Assembly: GCA_965204375.1 (NCBI GenBank)
Contig: OZ241986.1
Coordinates: 3,488,001 to 3,552,000, forward strand
Length of the DNA: 64,000 bases
Direction: 5' to 3'
DNA from: Candidatus Latescibacterota bacterium
Lineage (GTDB): Bacteria > Latescibacterota > UBA2968
Shown here: positions 20,164-30,475 of the stretch, piece after piece
Numbering within the stretch: the stretch's first letter is position 1
Layout: each line of letters starts with the position of its first letter
Notes under the pieces: model-generated
The model's database searches: none
Told to the model about the DNA's origin: nothing
Seen by the model: the letters and a program-made list of their open reading frames with translations, nothing else
Program-made: the position numbers and the translations under genes

Positions 20164-22575
20164 ATGGTTTTGAGTTATCTCCGCACATCTTTCCGCAATC
20201 TTTTTCGGCACCGCCTTTACACGCTCGTCAACATCTTTGGCCTTGCCGTGGGAATGGCGGCTTGTATCCTCGTCGGTCTGTTCTTGCAGCACGAGTTCAG
20301 CTATGACGCTTATCATCGGGACATAGACCGCATTCATCGCGTAATGCGACTTGTACACCCATCAGGTGGCGGCCTTCCATACTATCCACTCGGCACTCAG
20401 GACCAGGCTGGTCCCACACTGATCGATGAATTACCCGAAATTGAGGATATGACCCACTTCATCACGCGCCCCATGTGGGCTGGCCTTGAAGACCGCGGCT
20501 TTGATGTGCGCGGTACTGTGGCCGATCCCAATTTCCTGCGCTTTTTCACCTTTCCATTAATTGACGGAAGCCAGCCACCCGAATTAAAACCTGGCTCCGT
20601 CTATATTACCGAAAGTTTTGCACAAAAGCTCTTTGGCACCACAGACGTTATTGGTCAAACGCTCAAAATTTACTACAAGTGGGTGGAAGGCGACTTCTAC
20701 ATCGGCGGTATTCTCCGCGACCAGCCGGCTGCCACATCGGGTGAGTTTGTGTTTGACCTGTTAATCACTTATGAAGGAACCTCTAGCCCCGCAAGTCCAC
20801 CATGGAGAAGGCAGTGGAATCCCGGAACAAGATTGCTCGTTCTGAAAACCTTTGTTCGGCTCGCGCCTGATGCTTCCCTATCATCTATTCGCCCCAAGCT
20901 CCATGATTTTGCACGCCGTCATCTGGGCAATGGCGCAGACCCGCGTGACACCTATGACCTTCTGCCTTTGCGTCGTCAGCATTTGCATGCCCGACGCGAT
21001 TTTCAATTGCAGATGAGTGGATTGGACCGGCAGGCTGGTCTTGTTTTGGGAGACATCAACCGCTGCTATACTTTTGGCCTTGTAGGAGCAATCATTTTGG
21101 CACTGGCATGTGTCAACTTCATAAACCTCTCCACAGCACGGGGAGCGAACCGCGCTCTGGAAGTTGGTGTGCGCAAGGCCGTGGGATCCACACGCGCCCA
21201 GCTTGTCGTCCAGTTTCTCGGAGAGACAATTCTCCTTGCTGGGATATCGGCTATTTTGGCACTCGCCATTGTCGAGCTCACCCTTCCCACAGTCAACAAC
21301 CTGCTAATTTCTTCTTTACAAATAAACACCTGGTCCGTCGTCGGTACTGCATTGCTCGCACTTTTTGTCGGTCTAACTGCGGGTGTCTATCCAGCAATGT
21401 TCTTATCATCTTTTGCTGCAGTGCAAGTTCTAAAAGGATCAGGACAGAAGATCGGCGGGCGATCCCAACTCCGGCGAAGTCTGGTAACTTTCCAATTTGC
21501 CATTTCGGTAGCCCTCGTCATTGGTACGCTCGTTGCCTGGCAGCAAACAAACTATATCCGCACACGCGACCTCGGGTTTGCAAAAGAGGGCTTAATTACA
21601 ATGCCTCTATTTAAAGAAGATCGACGCTTGCGCGAGCACTTTGAAAGTATTCGAGACCGTTTTGAGACAGGTCCCGATGTTCTGGACGCAACTGTTTCCC
21701 TGTTTCCGCCCGGTTCTGAAAATAATACTGATCTCTCGTTGATCAGACGGCTGGACTACGCAGATTCCGTGAATGTTCACTACCTGCCGGTGGATCACAA
21801 ATTTACCGAAGTCTATGACATCTCCATCCTCGAAGGTAGGCCGTTGGCCCTAACTGACAAAGACCAATTAAACTTACTCCTGAACGAAACAGCCGCTCAG
21901 GCACTGGGTGACGCAAAACCGGGTACCATCCTGCGCGTTTGGGGTAGGGATTGCACTGTCGTCGGTATTTTCAAAGACTTTCACAACAGCAGTCTGCACA
22001 ATCCCGTGCGCCCCCTGATGCTTGTATATCGACCCTGGTACGATTATGTCACCGTCAAAGTGCGTATGGACAACCTGCCCAAAACACTGGATTTTCTCGC
22101 ATCAGTCTGGAAGGATTTTGTACCAGCTCACGCCTTCAAATTCCTCTTTGTCGATGATTTCTTAAACAACTTCTACCGCGGCGAGATGCGTACTCAGAAA
22201 GCCTTCACCTATCTTTCGGGCCTGGCCATTTTTGTCGCCTGTCTGGGTCTTTTGGGCCTGATTGCCTATACCACAGAAGTTCGCACCAAAGAAATCGGCG
22301 TTCGCAAAGTCCTTGGAGCATCGTCTGGCAATATTCTAATTCTTCTATTGAAGGAATTTGCAGTACTCATCATCATCGCAAGTTTGCTGGCCTGGCCTGC
22401 CGCATATCTCTTCACCCGTTCCTATCTCGACCGCTTTGCCTACCGAATCGATCTGGATCCGAGCGTATTTCTCGCTGGCAGCCTGCTGGTGCTGTTGATC
22501 GCATTCTGCACCATCAGCTTGCAGGCCATCCGCGCTGCACGCGCCAATCCAGTTGATGCGCTACGCTATGAGTGA
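20164..22575 (+). CDS. ABC transporter permease, MacB/FtsX type
   Basis: Same signatures; ends NPVDALRYE; start could be 20152. Confidence 0.93.
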   Translation: MVLSYLRTSFRNLFRHRLYTLVNIFGLAVGMAACILVGLFLQHEFSYDAYHRDIDRIHRVMRLVHPSGGGLPYYPLGTQDQAGPTLIDELPEIEDMTHFITRPMWAGLEDRGFDVRGTVADPNFLRFFTFPLIDGSQPPELKPGSVYITESFAQKLFGTTDVIGQTLKIYYKWVEGDFYIGGILRDQPAATSGEFVFDLLITYEGTSSPASPPWRRQWNPGTRLLVLKTFVRLAPDASLSSIRPKLHDFARRHLGNGADPRDTYDLLPLRRQHLHARRDFQLQMSGLDRQAGLVLGDINRCYTFGLVGAIILALACVNFINLSTARGANRALEVGVRKAVGSTRAQLVVQFLGETILLAGISAILALAIVELTLPTVNNLLISSLQINTWSVVGTALLALFVGLTAGVYPAMFLSSFAAVQVLKGSGQKIGGRSQLRRSLVTFQFAISVALVIGTLVAWQQTNYIRTRDLGFAKEGLITMPLFKEDRRLREHFESIRDRFETGPDVLDATVSLFPPGSENNTDLSLIRRLDYADSVNVHYLPVDHKFTEVYDISILEGRPLALTDKDQLNLLLNETAAQALGDAKPGTILRVWGRDCTVVGIFKDFHNSSLHNPVRPLMLVYRPWYDYVTVKVRMDNLPKTLDFLASVWKDFVPAHAFKFLFVDDFLNNFYRGEMRTQKAFTYLSGLAIFVACLGLLGLIAYTTEVRTKEIGVRKVLGASSGNILILLLKEFAVLIIIASLLAWPAAYLFTRSYLDRFAYRIDLDPSVFLAGSLLVLLIAFCTISLQAIRAARANPVDALRYE

Positions 22576-22587
22576 AAGGAGGATGTG

Positions 22588-24948
22588 ATGTTCAAGAACT
22601 ATTTCACAACTGCGTTACGTAATTTCTTGCGACAGAAAACATATTCGTTTATCAACGTGGCGGGACTTTCTGTAGGGCTGGCCTGTAGTTTTTTGATCTT
22701 TATGTGGGCAAAGCATGAGATTACGTATGACCGATTTCATGAACAGGGCACGCAGATTTATCGGGTGATGCGCAATTATTCTGCAAATGACAAAATCTAT
22801 ACGTGGTCTGCTATTCCCATGCCACTGGCCAAAGTGTTAGTAGAAGAATACCCAGAGATTACCCACAATATTTTAATAACTCGGCAAAGACATCTCTTAT
22901 CTAAAGGCGATGAATTATTTCGAGAATCTGGTATATATGCCAGTCCTTCTTTTTTTAATGTTTTTACATTTCCACTTTTACAAGGTGATGCTCGAACGAT
23001 ATTGACAGAACCCAATGCCATTGCGATTTCAGAAAAATTGGCTGGTAAATATTTTGGACCAGATTGGGCGCGTCAATCGATTCTCGGACAAAGTTTGACG
23101 GTTGATCATCGCAAAAAATTTACCATTAAAGCGGTGTTTAGAGATGTACCGGGCAATTCCTCTCTGCGTTTTGAATTCGTGCTTCCAATAGAAGATTATA
23201 TCGCCGAAAACAAGTGGCTTGAGCATTGGGGCAATAGCAGTTTGCGACTTTATGTGAAACTGCGAGAGGATGCTGTCCTGGAAGATGTAAACGCAAAGAT
23301 CGAGCGTGTTCTCTTAGATCATTACAAAGGGACAACTGCCACGATTTTTTTGCAGCCCTTGTTGAATATGCACCTGTATTCTGAGTTTAAAAATGGCAAG
23401 TCAGTTGGAGGGCGTATTGAGTATGTGCAGATGTTTACATTTATTGCGCTGTTTATTTTGTGCATTGCCTGTATTAATTTTATGAATTTGGCTACGGCGA
23501 GATCTACTCAGCGCGCACGAGAGATTGGCGTTCGTAAAACCGTAGGAGCCAGTAAGCGAGAACTCATAGGTCAATTTATGGGCGAGTCGATGTTGATAAC
23601 GGTTTTTGCCTCAATTTTGGCTTTGGGTTTGGTTGAAATTTTCTTGCCCACATTTAATAGTCTGACAGACCAAGAACTTGTACTTGATTGGTTGGATATA
23701 CACATTTTGCCAGTTTTTTCAGGTATTACATTAGTAACAGGTCTAATCTCAGGGAGCTATCCGGCGTTTTATTTGTCGGGTTTTAACCCAATCGGCGTAT
23801 TGCGAGGTTCGTCGAAATCGGGATCGGGTGCTGTTTTTCTACGCCGAAGCCTTGTGATTTTTCAGTTTGTATTGGCAACTTTGATGATTATTGGCACACT
23901 GACGATTTATGAGCAAATAAATTATATCCTCAGCAAAAATCTGGGACTGGACCGTAAGAATGTGGTGTCTGTTGGTTTGGAAGGGCCAATAAAGCAACAA
24001 TTGGAAACCGTTAAGCAAGAACTTCTGCGCCAACCCGGCATTCAAAGCGTGGCGGCATCCAGTCAAAATCCACTATCCGTTAGCCATTCAACGAGCGATC
24101 CCAAATGGAATGGGAAAGACCCAGATTCTCAAATTGTATTTCACATTATCAACGCCGATTTTGATTTTGTTGAAACTATGAAAATGAAAGTGGTACACGG
24201 CAGAGCGTTTTCTGAGGCGATTGCAACCGATTCCTCAAATTATGTTGTAAACGAACAAATGGCACATGTGATGGGAATAGACAATCCGATTGGCGAAACG
24301 CTAAAATTTTGGGGAGATGAAGGTGAGATAATTGGCGTGGTTGAAGATTTTCATTTTCGTCCGATACATACGTCAATTGAGCCGCTGATTATTCGTATTG
24401 ATCCAACCTCTTGCAACAAGTTTTATATACGCACCAGGGCAGGGCAAACAGCCGAGGCATTGTCAAATTTGGAAAGGGTTTTCAAAAAATTCAATCCCAA
24501 CTATCCACTTGCATATCGATTTATGGATGAGGACTTTGAGCGAATGTATCGCAGAGAAAAGATGCTGGGACAATTGACCACCACTTTTGCTGCTTTGGCA
24601 ATTTTTATCTCCTGTTTGGGGTTGTTTGGTTTGGCGTCTTTTACCGCGGAACAGCGCACCAAAGAGATTGGAATTAGAAAGATATTGGGTGCTTCCGTTA
24701 CCAACTTGATTTTATTGCTTTCCAGAGAGTTTATCAAGTTGGTGGTGATTGCGTTTGTATTGGCCATACCTTTAGCCTATTACTTTATGACAGTGTGGTT
24801 GAACGCATTTGCCTATCGCATCAATATAGGGTTAGAAGTCTTTGTTTTCGCAGGTGGGGCATCATTTATTATTGCCTGGTTGACTGTGAGTTATCAAGCA
24901 CTCAAAGTGGCCTCTGCCAATCCTGTCGATGCCCTACGCAATGAATGA
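22588..24948 (+). CDS. ABC transporter permease, MacB/FtsX type
   Basis: MFKNY start with AAAGGAGG RBS; ends NPVDALRNE. Confidence 0.93.
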   Translation: MFKNYFTTALRNFLRQKTYSFINVAGLSVGLACSFLIFMWAKHEITYDRFHEQGTQIYRVMRNYSANDKIYTWSAIPMPLAKVLVEEYPEITHNILITRQRHLLSKGDELFRESGIYASPSFFNVFTFPLLQGDARTILTEPNAIAISEKLAGKYFGPDWARQSILGQSLTVDHRKKFTIKAVFRDVPGNSSLRFEFVLPIEDYIAENKWLEHWGNSSLRLYVKLREDAVLEDVNAKIERVLLDHYKGTTATIFLQPLLNMHLYSEFKNGKSVGGRIEYVQMFTFIALFILCIACINFMNLATARSTQRAREIGVRKTVGASKRELIGQFMGESMLITVFASILALGLVEIFLPTFNSLTDQELVLDWLDIHILPVFSGITLVTGLISGSYPAFYLSGFNPIGVLRGSSKSGSGAVFLRRSLVIFQFVLATLMIIGTLTIYEQINYILSKNLGLDRKNVVSVGLEGPIKQQLETVKQELLRQPGIQSVAASSQNPLSVSHSTSDPKWNGKDPDSQIVFHIINADFDFVETMKMKVVHGRAFSEAIATDSSNYVVNEQMAHVMGIDNPIGETLKFWGDEGEIIGVVEDFHFRPIHTSIEPLIIRIDPTSCNKFYIRTRAGQTAEALSNLERVFKKFNPNYPLAYRFMDEDFERMYRREKMLGQLTTTFAALAIFISCLGLFGLASFTAEQRTKEIGIRKILGASVTNLILLLSREFIKLVVIAFVLAIPLAYYFMTVWLNAFAYRINIGLEVFVFAGGASFIIAWLTVSYQALKVASANPVDALRNE

Positions 24949-24996
24949 AATCTGCCTCTGTTCAACCGCTGTCGCGGATTAAACTGGCCTCTTCTC

Positions 24997-25407
24997 AAAA
25001 CGCAAAAGGTTTGGAGGAGAGGCCAAAAATTTGAGTCATTGGGCAATTTCAGGTGTATGGACAGATATAAAATTCGAAAATGTTAAAGGAGAAAAACCAG
25101 TGCCAAATTTTGGAGCCAGTGCAGTAGTTGTCTCAGATGGGCAAGTTCTGCTCATTAAGCGGAGGGATGTCGAGGTCTGGGCATTGCCCGGTGGTGCAAT
25201 TGATTCAGGGGAATCGACAGCACAAGCAGCAGTACGCGAAGTCAAAGAGGAGACGGGAATCGACATCGACCTTGTGCGCCTGGTTGGTATATACTCAAGT
25301 CCAAACTGGCGCTCAGGCGGCGATCATGCGATCGTTTATGCGGCCATTCCGAAGAATGACAAGCCATTAGCTCAAGCGAACGAGGTTTTAGATGTTGGCT
25401 ATTTCAG
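24997..25407 (+). repeat. ~410-bp direct repeat, copy 1 (leader plus 5-prime part of NUDIX gene)
   Basis: Aligns by eye with 29576-29989 from AAAACGCAAAAGGTT to GGCTATTTCAG. Confidence 0.9.
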
Positions 25408-25657
25408 TCCGGATCAGTTGCCCGAACCGTTTACATGGTGGCATCATCGAAGAATCGCCGATGCCATGCGTGGGGTCACAGGCGTTTCTTGCGTACAGGA
25501 CAGAGTATGGACACTGGATCCAAACCTGAGTCGTCGAGAGATATACGACATGTTGACCCGTTCAGGTTTATCGCCCAGTGACTTCTATGAACAGTATTTC
25601 ACTGAAATAGGACAGATCGGTGAGAGAATCGACGTTGATGGCGTTTCAATTGGGTAA
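25100..25657 (+). CDS. NUDIX hydrolase
   Basis: Nudix box PGGAIDSGESTAQAAVREVKEETG; GTG start with AAAGGAG RBS. Confidence 0.92.
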   Translation: MPNFGASAVVVSDGQVLLIKRRDVEVWALPGGAIDSGESTAQAAVREVKEETGIDIDLVRLVGIYSSPNWRSGGDHAIVYAAIPKNDKPLAQANEVLDVGYFSPDQLPEPFTWWHHRRIADAMRGVTGVSCVQDRVWTLDPNLSRREIYDMLTRSGLSPSDFYEQYFTEIGQIGERIDVDGVSIG

Positions 25658-25906
25658 TCAGACATGTTCGAGGAAGGAAGAAATAAAACAAATGGCTTCG
25701 AGATCTGACCAATACGCTCCCGATCCAAATATCCTTATCTGGTAAGTCCATAAGCCCCAACAGCTTTAGCGTTGGGAAGCAGACGCGAGTTAGTGAGCGT
25801 TGTTTTGCAAGGGCTTCCGATTCTATGGGGTGGTGCTTTTTACTGGTGGTATATCGCACAAGGCAATATGGGCGGTGTATCACAAAGACTCATCCGACAG
25901 TATTAC

Positions 25907-25935
25907 TTGACTAAGATATTGTTTTTATGTATATT
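25907..25935 (+). promoter_or_regulatory. sigma70 promoter for tnpB
   Basis: TTGACT-N17-TATATT. Confidence 0.7.
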
Positions 25936-26057
25936 TATAGTGTCATACAGATTAAGCATAATGCCTTTTTTGGGCTATTTCTCAAGCCTCAGAGGACAGA
26001 GAGCTTTATGCATCTGTGTGACAACCGCTGGGGCTTTCTTTACTGCGTGGTTAGCCA

Positions 26058-27182
26058 ATGTATGTGACCTACAAATATAAACTGTATAGCCGATGTGACC
26101 GCAATAAGTATCTCCATCGCGAGATTGACGCCTTTGCTGGTGTGTATAATCATTTCATCGCCTTGCACAAGCGATACTATCGGCGATTTAAGAAGTATCC
26201 AGGCAAGTACACACTGATAAAGCACCTGACAAAGCTGAAAAAGACCGTGCGATATTCTGCCTGGTGTCTCTTGCCATCCCAGGCATTGCAGAATGTGATC
26301 GAGCGCATAGACTTTGGGTATCAAAAATTCTTTGCCAAACAGAATAAGCGACCCCCCAAGTTCCGCTCTCAATACAGGTATCAGTCCTATACCTTGAAGC
26401 AAGCAGGTTATGAATTTCTTGATGGTAACAAAATCCGAATCAACTTTGGCATACGTGGCAAAACCAAGCGCGTCTTCAGATATCACAAAAGCAGAACATT
26501 TGATGTCGAAAGTGTCCAGACCGTTACGATCATTCGTGACCGTGTAGGCGATTTGTGGCTGTGTGTTGCTGTTAGGGCAGAACGTTTCAAGCTGGACATT
26601 GCCCAGACTGGTCAAACCGCAGGCTTTGACTTTGGCTTGAAAACATACTTGACAGCAAGTGACGGGACACAGATACAATCGCCATTGTTCTTCAATCGCA
26701 ATTTAAGAAGGGTCAAAAAGGCCAATCGCAATCTTTCCGGCAAGAAGAAGGGGAGCAACAACCGTCATAGAGCAAGAGTAAATCTTGCCAGAGTGCATAG
26801 GCGCGTGGCTAATCAGCGCAGGGACTATCACTGGCAACTTGCCTATCAACTGTGCAAAGAATATGACGTAATGTGCTTTGAAAAACTCAATATCAAAGCC
26901 ATGAAACAGTTGTGGGGAAGAAAAATTAGTGATCTGGGATTCTCAGACTTTTTGACTATTCTCAAGTATGTCGCAAAAAAGACAGGCAAGCATGTTATTC
27001 AAATCAAACAGGGGTTGCCATCGTCAAAGACTTGCTCTGCTTGCAACAATGTAAAAGAGAATCTTGAATTGCGAGAAAGAACATTCGTGTGTTGCGAATG
27101 TGGTCATAAAATAGATAGAGACCTCAACGCAGCGATAAATATTCACAGGTGGGGACGTCCACCTTTGGAGGAGGCAGCCTAA
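26058..27182 (+). CDS. tnpB: RNA-guided endonuclease TnpB
   Basis: TYKYKLY N-terminus; RuvC-I GFDFGLK, RuvC-II FEKLNI, Zn finger CSAC..CECG, RuvC-III DRDLNAAINI; D-E-D triad intact. Confidence 0.95.
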   Translation: MYVTYKYKLYSRCDRNKYLHREIDAFAGVYNHFIALHKRYYRRFKKYPGKYTLIKHLTKLKKTVRYSAWCLLPSQALQNVIERIDFGYQKFFAKQNKRPPKFRSQYRYQSYTLKQAGYEFLDGNKIRINFGIRGKTKRVFRYHKSRTFDVESVQTVTIIRDRVGDLWLCVAVRAERFKLDIAQTGQTAGFDFGLKTYLTASDGTQIQSPLFFNRNLRRVKKANRNLSGKKKGSNNRHRARVNLARVHRRVANQRRDYHWQLAYQLCKEYDVMCFEKLNIKAMKQLWGRKISDLGFSDFLTILKYVAKKTGKHVIQIKQGLPSSKTCSACNNVKENLELRERTFVCCECGHKIDRDLNAAINIHRWGRPPLEEAA

Positions 27183-27278
27183 GACGTGGCTTGCACAGCA
27201 CGCAACTGCCGTTGATACCACAATCCTTTGCTGAACAGGGGGTAGAATCCATAAGCTTCAGCTTTGGGAGTACGTCAA
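27130..27278 (+). ncRNA. Predicted TnpB reRNA/omegaRNA scaffold (guide = flank starting TATTGACTATTTTATG)
   Basis: Position overlapping the tnpB 3-prime end and the right end follows established TnpB biology; 5-prime boundary approximate. Confidence 0.55.
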
Positions 27279-27335
27279 TATTGACTATTTTATGGGAAAT
27301 AGCCGTATTGCGCCGCAAACATCAAGAGGTCTATC

Positions 27336-27686
27336 ATGAAAATCACGATGGATATTCCCGATGATCTGGCCGCGCGGTTGCGCGATAGAGAAGATCACGC
27401 CGAAATTATAGAACTTGGACTTCGCAAAATTGATGCAAATACGCATTCGACCTTTGAAGATGCTTCGGAGATATTAGAAAAGCTGATCGCCTTTCCTTCT
27501 GCCGAAGAAATTATAAAGCTTCGACCATCAGATAGATTACAAAAACGGATTGATGATCTCCTTGAAAAAAATCGCACTGAAGGATTGCAACCAGAAGAAG
27601 AAAGAGAGTGGGCGCAATATGAATACCTGGAACATCTGGTTCGCTTAGCCAAAGCCAATGCTGCCTTAAAGCTCAAATCCAAATGA
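27336..27686 (+). CDS. Antitoxin-like small protein paired with HNH nuclease
   Basis: MKITMDIPDDLA RHH-like start; PSAEEIIKLRPS..LLEKN; ATGA overlap with the next gene. Confidence 0.7.
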   Translation: MKITMDIPDDLAARLRDREDHAEIIELGLRKIDANTHSTFEDASEILEKLIAFPSAEEIIKLRPSDRLQKRIDDLLEKNRTEGLQPEEEREWAQYEYLEHLVRLAKANAALKLKSK

Positions 27687-28090
27687 GTTCTTATATTTCT
27701 ACCAACTTGCGTAGCCAAGTCATTGAACGCGCGAACGAACTGTGCGAATACTGTCGCATTCCACAATCATTTTCATTTTCCACACACGAAATTGATCACA
27801 TCATTGCCCAGAAACACGGTGGGCAAACCATCTCGGAAAACCTTGCGCTTTCATGTTCATTATGCAATAAATACAAGGGAAGCGACATAGCGTCTATTGA
27901 TCCACAAACAGAGATTATCACCTCGCTGTTCAATCCTCGCCAGGATGTTTGGGATGATCATTTCGAATTACAGGTATCTGGAAATATTCATCCGCTAACA
28001 CCAAAAGGTCGCGCAACAGCTCGCCTGCTCCAATTCAATCAATCCTTTCGCATTGCAGAACGAAGACTCCTCATTCTATCAAGGGTTTAA
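27683..28090 (+). CDS. HNH endonuclease
   Basis: CEYC..HEIDHIIAQKHGG..NLALSCSLCNKYKG. Confidence 0.9.
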   Translation: MSSYISTNLRSQVIERANELCEYCRIPQSFSFSTHEIDHIIAQKHGGQTISENLALSCSLCNKYKGSDIASIDPQTEIITSLFNPRQDVWDDHFELQVSGNIHPLTPKGRATARLLQFNQSFRIAERRLLILSRV

Positions 28091-28143
28091 TAACCTTTTC
28101 TGCGGTGGCCAGGAAACCCTGAGTACTTTCCCCCTTAAAAATT

Positions 28144-28758
28144 ATGCGTGATATACATCCCAACACAAGAGTAATTCTCATCGGAGGTTCATCCCATAGC
28201 GGGAAGTCGGCACTATCCGAGTCGATAGCTACAAACCTGGGATGGAACCGAATCTCCACAGACACACTTGCCCGGCATCCTGGCCGACCGTGGAGACCTG
28301 AGCCAGAAAAAGTACCCGACCATGTGGCGGAACACTATCTCTCTCTATCAGTTGACGAACTGATCGTGGATGTGCTCCATCACTACAGGGTCAATGTATG
28401 GCCAAAAGTTGAAGAAATTGTCGCATCTCACATCCACGATCCTTCAAGCAATGGACTAATCATAGAAGGATCAGCACTATGGCCCGAACTTATAGCGACC
28501 CTGAACTTCGACAATATTGCTGCATTATGGCTTACAGCGAGTGAAGAAGTTTTTCGGCAGAGGATCCGCGATGAAAGCCTGTATCATTCGAAGTCTCTTC
28601 GGGAACGAAGGATGATCGATAAGTTTCTGGAACGCACGCTCGTCTATAACGCACAGATGATTGAGGTTGCCAACCAGCATGGGTTCATTCTCGTAGATGT
28701 TCAACAATCTAATGTAGAGAAACTCACCAAAAGGTGTCTATCGATACTCAGAAGGTAG
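28144..28758 (+). CDS. P-loop kinase (2-phosphoglycerate kinase-like)
   Basis: VILIGGSSHSGKS Walker A; ISTD; LIIEG. Confidence 0.75.
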   Translation: MRDIHPNTRVILIGGSSHSGKSALSESIATNLGWNRISTDTLARHPGRPWRPEPEKVPDHVAEHYLSLSVDELIVDVLHHYRVNVWPKVEEIVASHIHDPSSNGLIIEGSALWPELIATLNFDNIAALWLTASEEVFRQRIRDESLYHSKSLRERRMIDKFLERTLVYNAQMIEVANQHGFILVDVQQSNVEKLTKRCLSILRR

Positions 28759-28817
28759 GTCTAAGCGAAAGTAAACGACTATCCGCTTTGTAGTTTGGGC
28801 ATTGGACGTTACGCTTA

Positions 28818-29267
28818 TTATTCTTCTACGAGACGCAAAGCTTCTGCTTTTAATGCAGCACTGATATAGAACCCTGTATCATCCAGATTTTGAAGTACAG
28901 GCTTGACGGTGGACAGGATGCCTCGTTGCTTGGCGAGAATCAAAATACCTACTGTTCCTATAACCCTGAGTCCCATATCTTGACCCACACGACGCGCCTG
29001 TCGATCATCCAGGATAATTCGACACTTCTGCTCTTGGGACAGGGCAATAGCCTCTGCTTCGCCATCATCAATCATCATTTTTAGTGCAGCAGCCAACGCC
29101 CGGTCAGAAAGTCTTTCTACCTTCAGCCATGGTAAGGAGATTCCAAATTCTTGTGCCACAGCCGGTGGTATTAATACAGGCTCAAAAAGGGCTGGCAGAA
29201 TCTCGATTTGACCGATGCGTTCAAGCGCAATTAAGCAGGTACTATCCGCTACGACGCGTTCACTCAC
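28818..29267 (-). CDS. DUF3368 PIN-like protein (toxin-like)
   Basis: VVADSTCLIAL..DDGEAEAIAL..ILDDRQAR..GTVGIL. Confidence 0.88.
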   Translation of the reverse strand: MSERVVADSTCLIALERIGQIEILPALFEPVLIPPAVAQEFGISLPWLKVERLSDRALAAALKMMIDDGEAEAIALSQEQKCRIILDDRQARRVGQDMGLRVIGTVGILILAKQRGILSTVKPVLQNLDDTGFYISAALKAEALRLVEE

Positions 29268-29488
29268 TGATTGATCTCTTGCTGCAACTCTTCAGGAGGA
29301 TAATCAAAGACAGGAACCTCGTAGTGCCCAAGAATCTCCATAAAGGCGCGTTTGGAGTGTCCAGCAATTTTCGCTGCCTGACCAAGCGACACTTTGCCAA
29401 CTTCGTAGAGTTTTATGGCAAGAAAAGTTTTTGCCTCATCTCCGGAAAGACTCGAAGGAAGCTCGACTTTTAGATTAACTGCACCCAT
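29264..29488 (-). CDS. UPF0175-family protein (antitoxin-like)
   Basis: LAIKLYEVGKVSLGQAAKIAG..FMEIL; overlaps the DUF3368 start. Confidence 0.88.
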   Translation of the reverse strand: MGAVNLKVELPSSLSGDEAKTFLAIKLYEVGKVSLGQAAKIAGHSKRAFMEILGHYEVPVFDYPPEELQQEINQ

Positions 29489-29575
29489 GAAAAATATCCT
29501 CAGGTTTTATGGAAGTTACAAAACATAATACGGCCCATATCTATCGCTGATTGGAAATATAAGAGACTTTTTATT

Positions 29576-29989
29576 AAAACGCAAAAGGTTCGGGGGAGAG
29601 GCCAAAAAATTTGAATCATTGGACAATTTCAGGTGTATGCAATAGATAGAAGACTCGAAAATATTAAAGGAGAAAAAATCAGTGCCAAATTTTGGAGCCA
29701 GTGCAGTCATTGTCTCAGACGGACAGATCCTGCTCATTAAGCGGAGGGATGTCGAGGTCTGGGCATTACCTGGTGGTGCAATCGATTCGGGTGAATCGAC
29801 AGCGCAAGCGGCGATACGCGAAGTCAAAGAAGAGACGGGAATCGACATCGACCTTGTGCGCATGGTTGGTATATACTCAAGCCCAAACTGGCGATCAGGC
29901 GGTGATCATGCGATCGTTTACGCGGCCATTCCGAAGAATGACAAACCAGTAGCTCAAGCGAAAGAGGTTTTAGATGTCGGCTATTTCAG
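29576..29989 (+). repeat. ~410-bp direct repeat, copy 2
   Basis: Matches 24997-25407. Confidence 0.9.
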
Positions 29990-30080
29990 CTACAATCAGG
30001 TCAAGCACCTTTCAAAATTGATCCTCTTCAATGAAGGAGACCGACATGTCTCATCCCATATATCGCGTGGTATTTTTTGA
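29682..30080 (+). pseudogene. 3-prime truncated duplicate NUDIX gene
   Basis: Near-identical to the 25100 protein up to DVGYFS, then unrelated read-through sequence. Confidence 0.8.
29990..30034 (+). pseudogene. C-terminal remnant of a DUF4160-like gene
   Basis: Reads LQSGQAPFKIDPLQ* directly before DUF2442, the usual partner of DUF4160. Confidence 0.65.
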
Positions 30081-30348
30081 AATACGGTCACCCTATACGC
30101 TTCGCATTTGCTTTGACGATAATACGGAACAGATTATTGATTTCCAAGCCATATTGGAAGGTGAATTATTTGGGCCTCTTCGGGATTTATCCTTATTCAA
30201 TCAAGTTCGGATCGATCCAGAGGTCCATACTCTGGTGTGGCCAAATGGGGCTGATTTTGATCCAGCCACTTTACATGATTGGCCTGAGCATCTTCCTGAA
30301 CTTAAGCGCATGAGCGAGCGCTGGTCTCTCGTTGAGACGGAGGACTAA
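30046..30348 (+). CDS. DUF2442-family protein
   Basis: YTLRICFDD..GELFGPLRD..FNQVRID..TLVWPNGADFDPATL. Confidence 0.9.
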   Translation: MSHPIYRVVFFEIRSPYTLRICFDDNTEQIIDFQAILEGELFGPLRDLSLFNQVRIDPEVHTLVWPNGADFDPATLHDWPEHLPELKRMSERWSLVETED

Positions 30349-30389
30349 CGCAGAGGTAACTCCAATGTGCTTATGAATAAAAATACGAG

Positions 30390-30424
30390 TTCCCGCTGAA
30401 TAGACTATTTAGCGGGAATCTTTT
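30390..30424 (+). terminator. Intrinsic terminator
   Basis: TTCCCGCTGAATAG-A-CTATTTAGCGGGAA hairpin followed by CTTTT. Confidence 0.7.
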
Positions 30425-30475
30425 ATTATTGAGAGACTTATCTACTAACATCTCAACAAACAAAAGGAACAGAAA

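Larger units (their letters stand above)
25740..27278 (+). mobile_element. IS200/IS605-family, IS1341-like (tnpB-only) element
   Basis: Left hairpin CCCAACAGCTTTAGCGTTGGG; right end GAAT (27245)-hairpin-GTACGTCAA ending in TCAA (GAAT/TCAA pair as in IS608); left boundary uncertain by a few nt; no tnpA. Confidence 0.8.

Noticed and set aside
25780-26057. Possible tnpA remnant upstream of tnpB
   Set aside because: No HUH or catalytic Tyr motif recognised in the frames examined.
28759-28817. Possible attC site (..TCTAAG...GTTACGC)
   Set aside because: Boxes do not match RYYYAAC/GTTRRRY, complementarity is poor, and there are no other copies or integrase.
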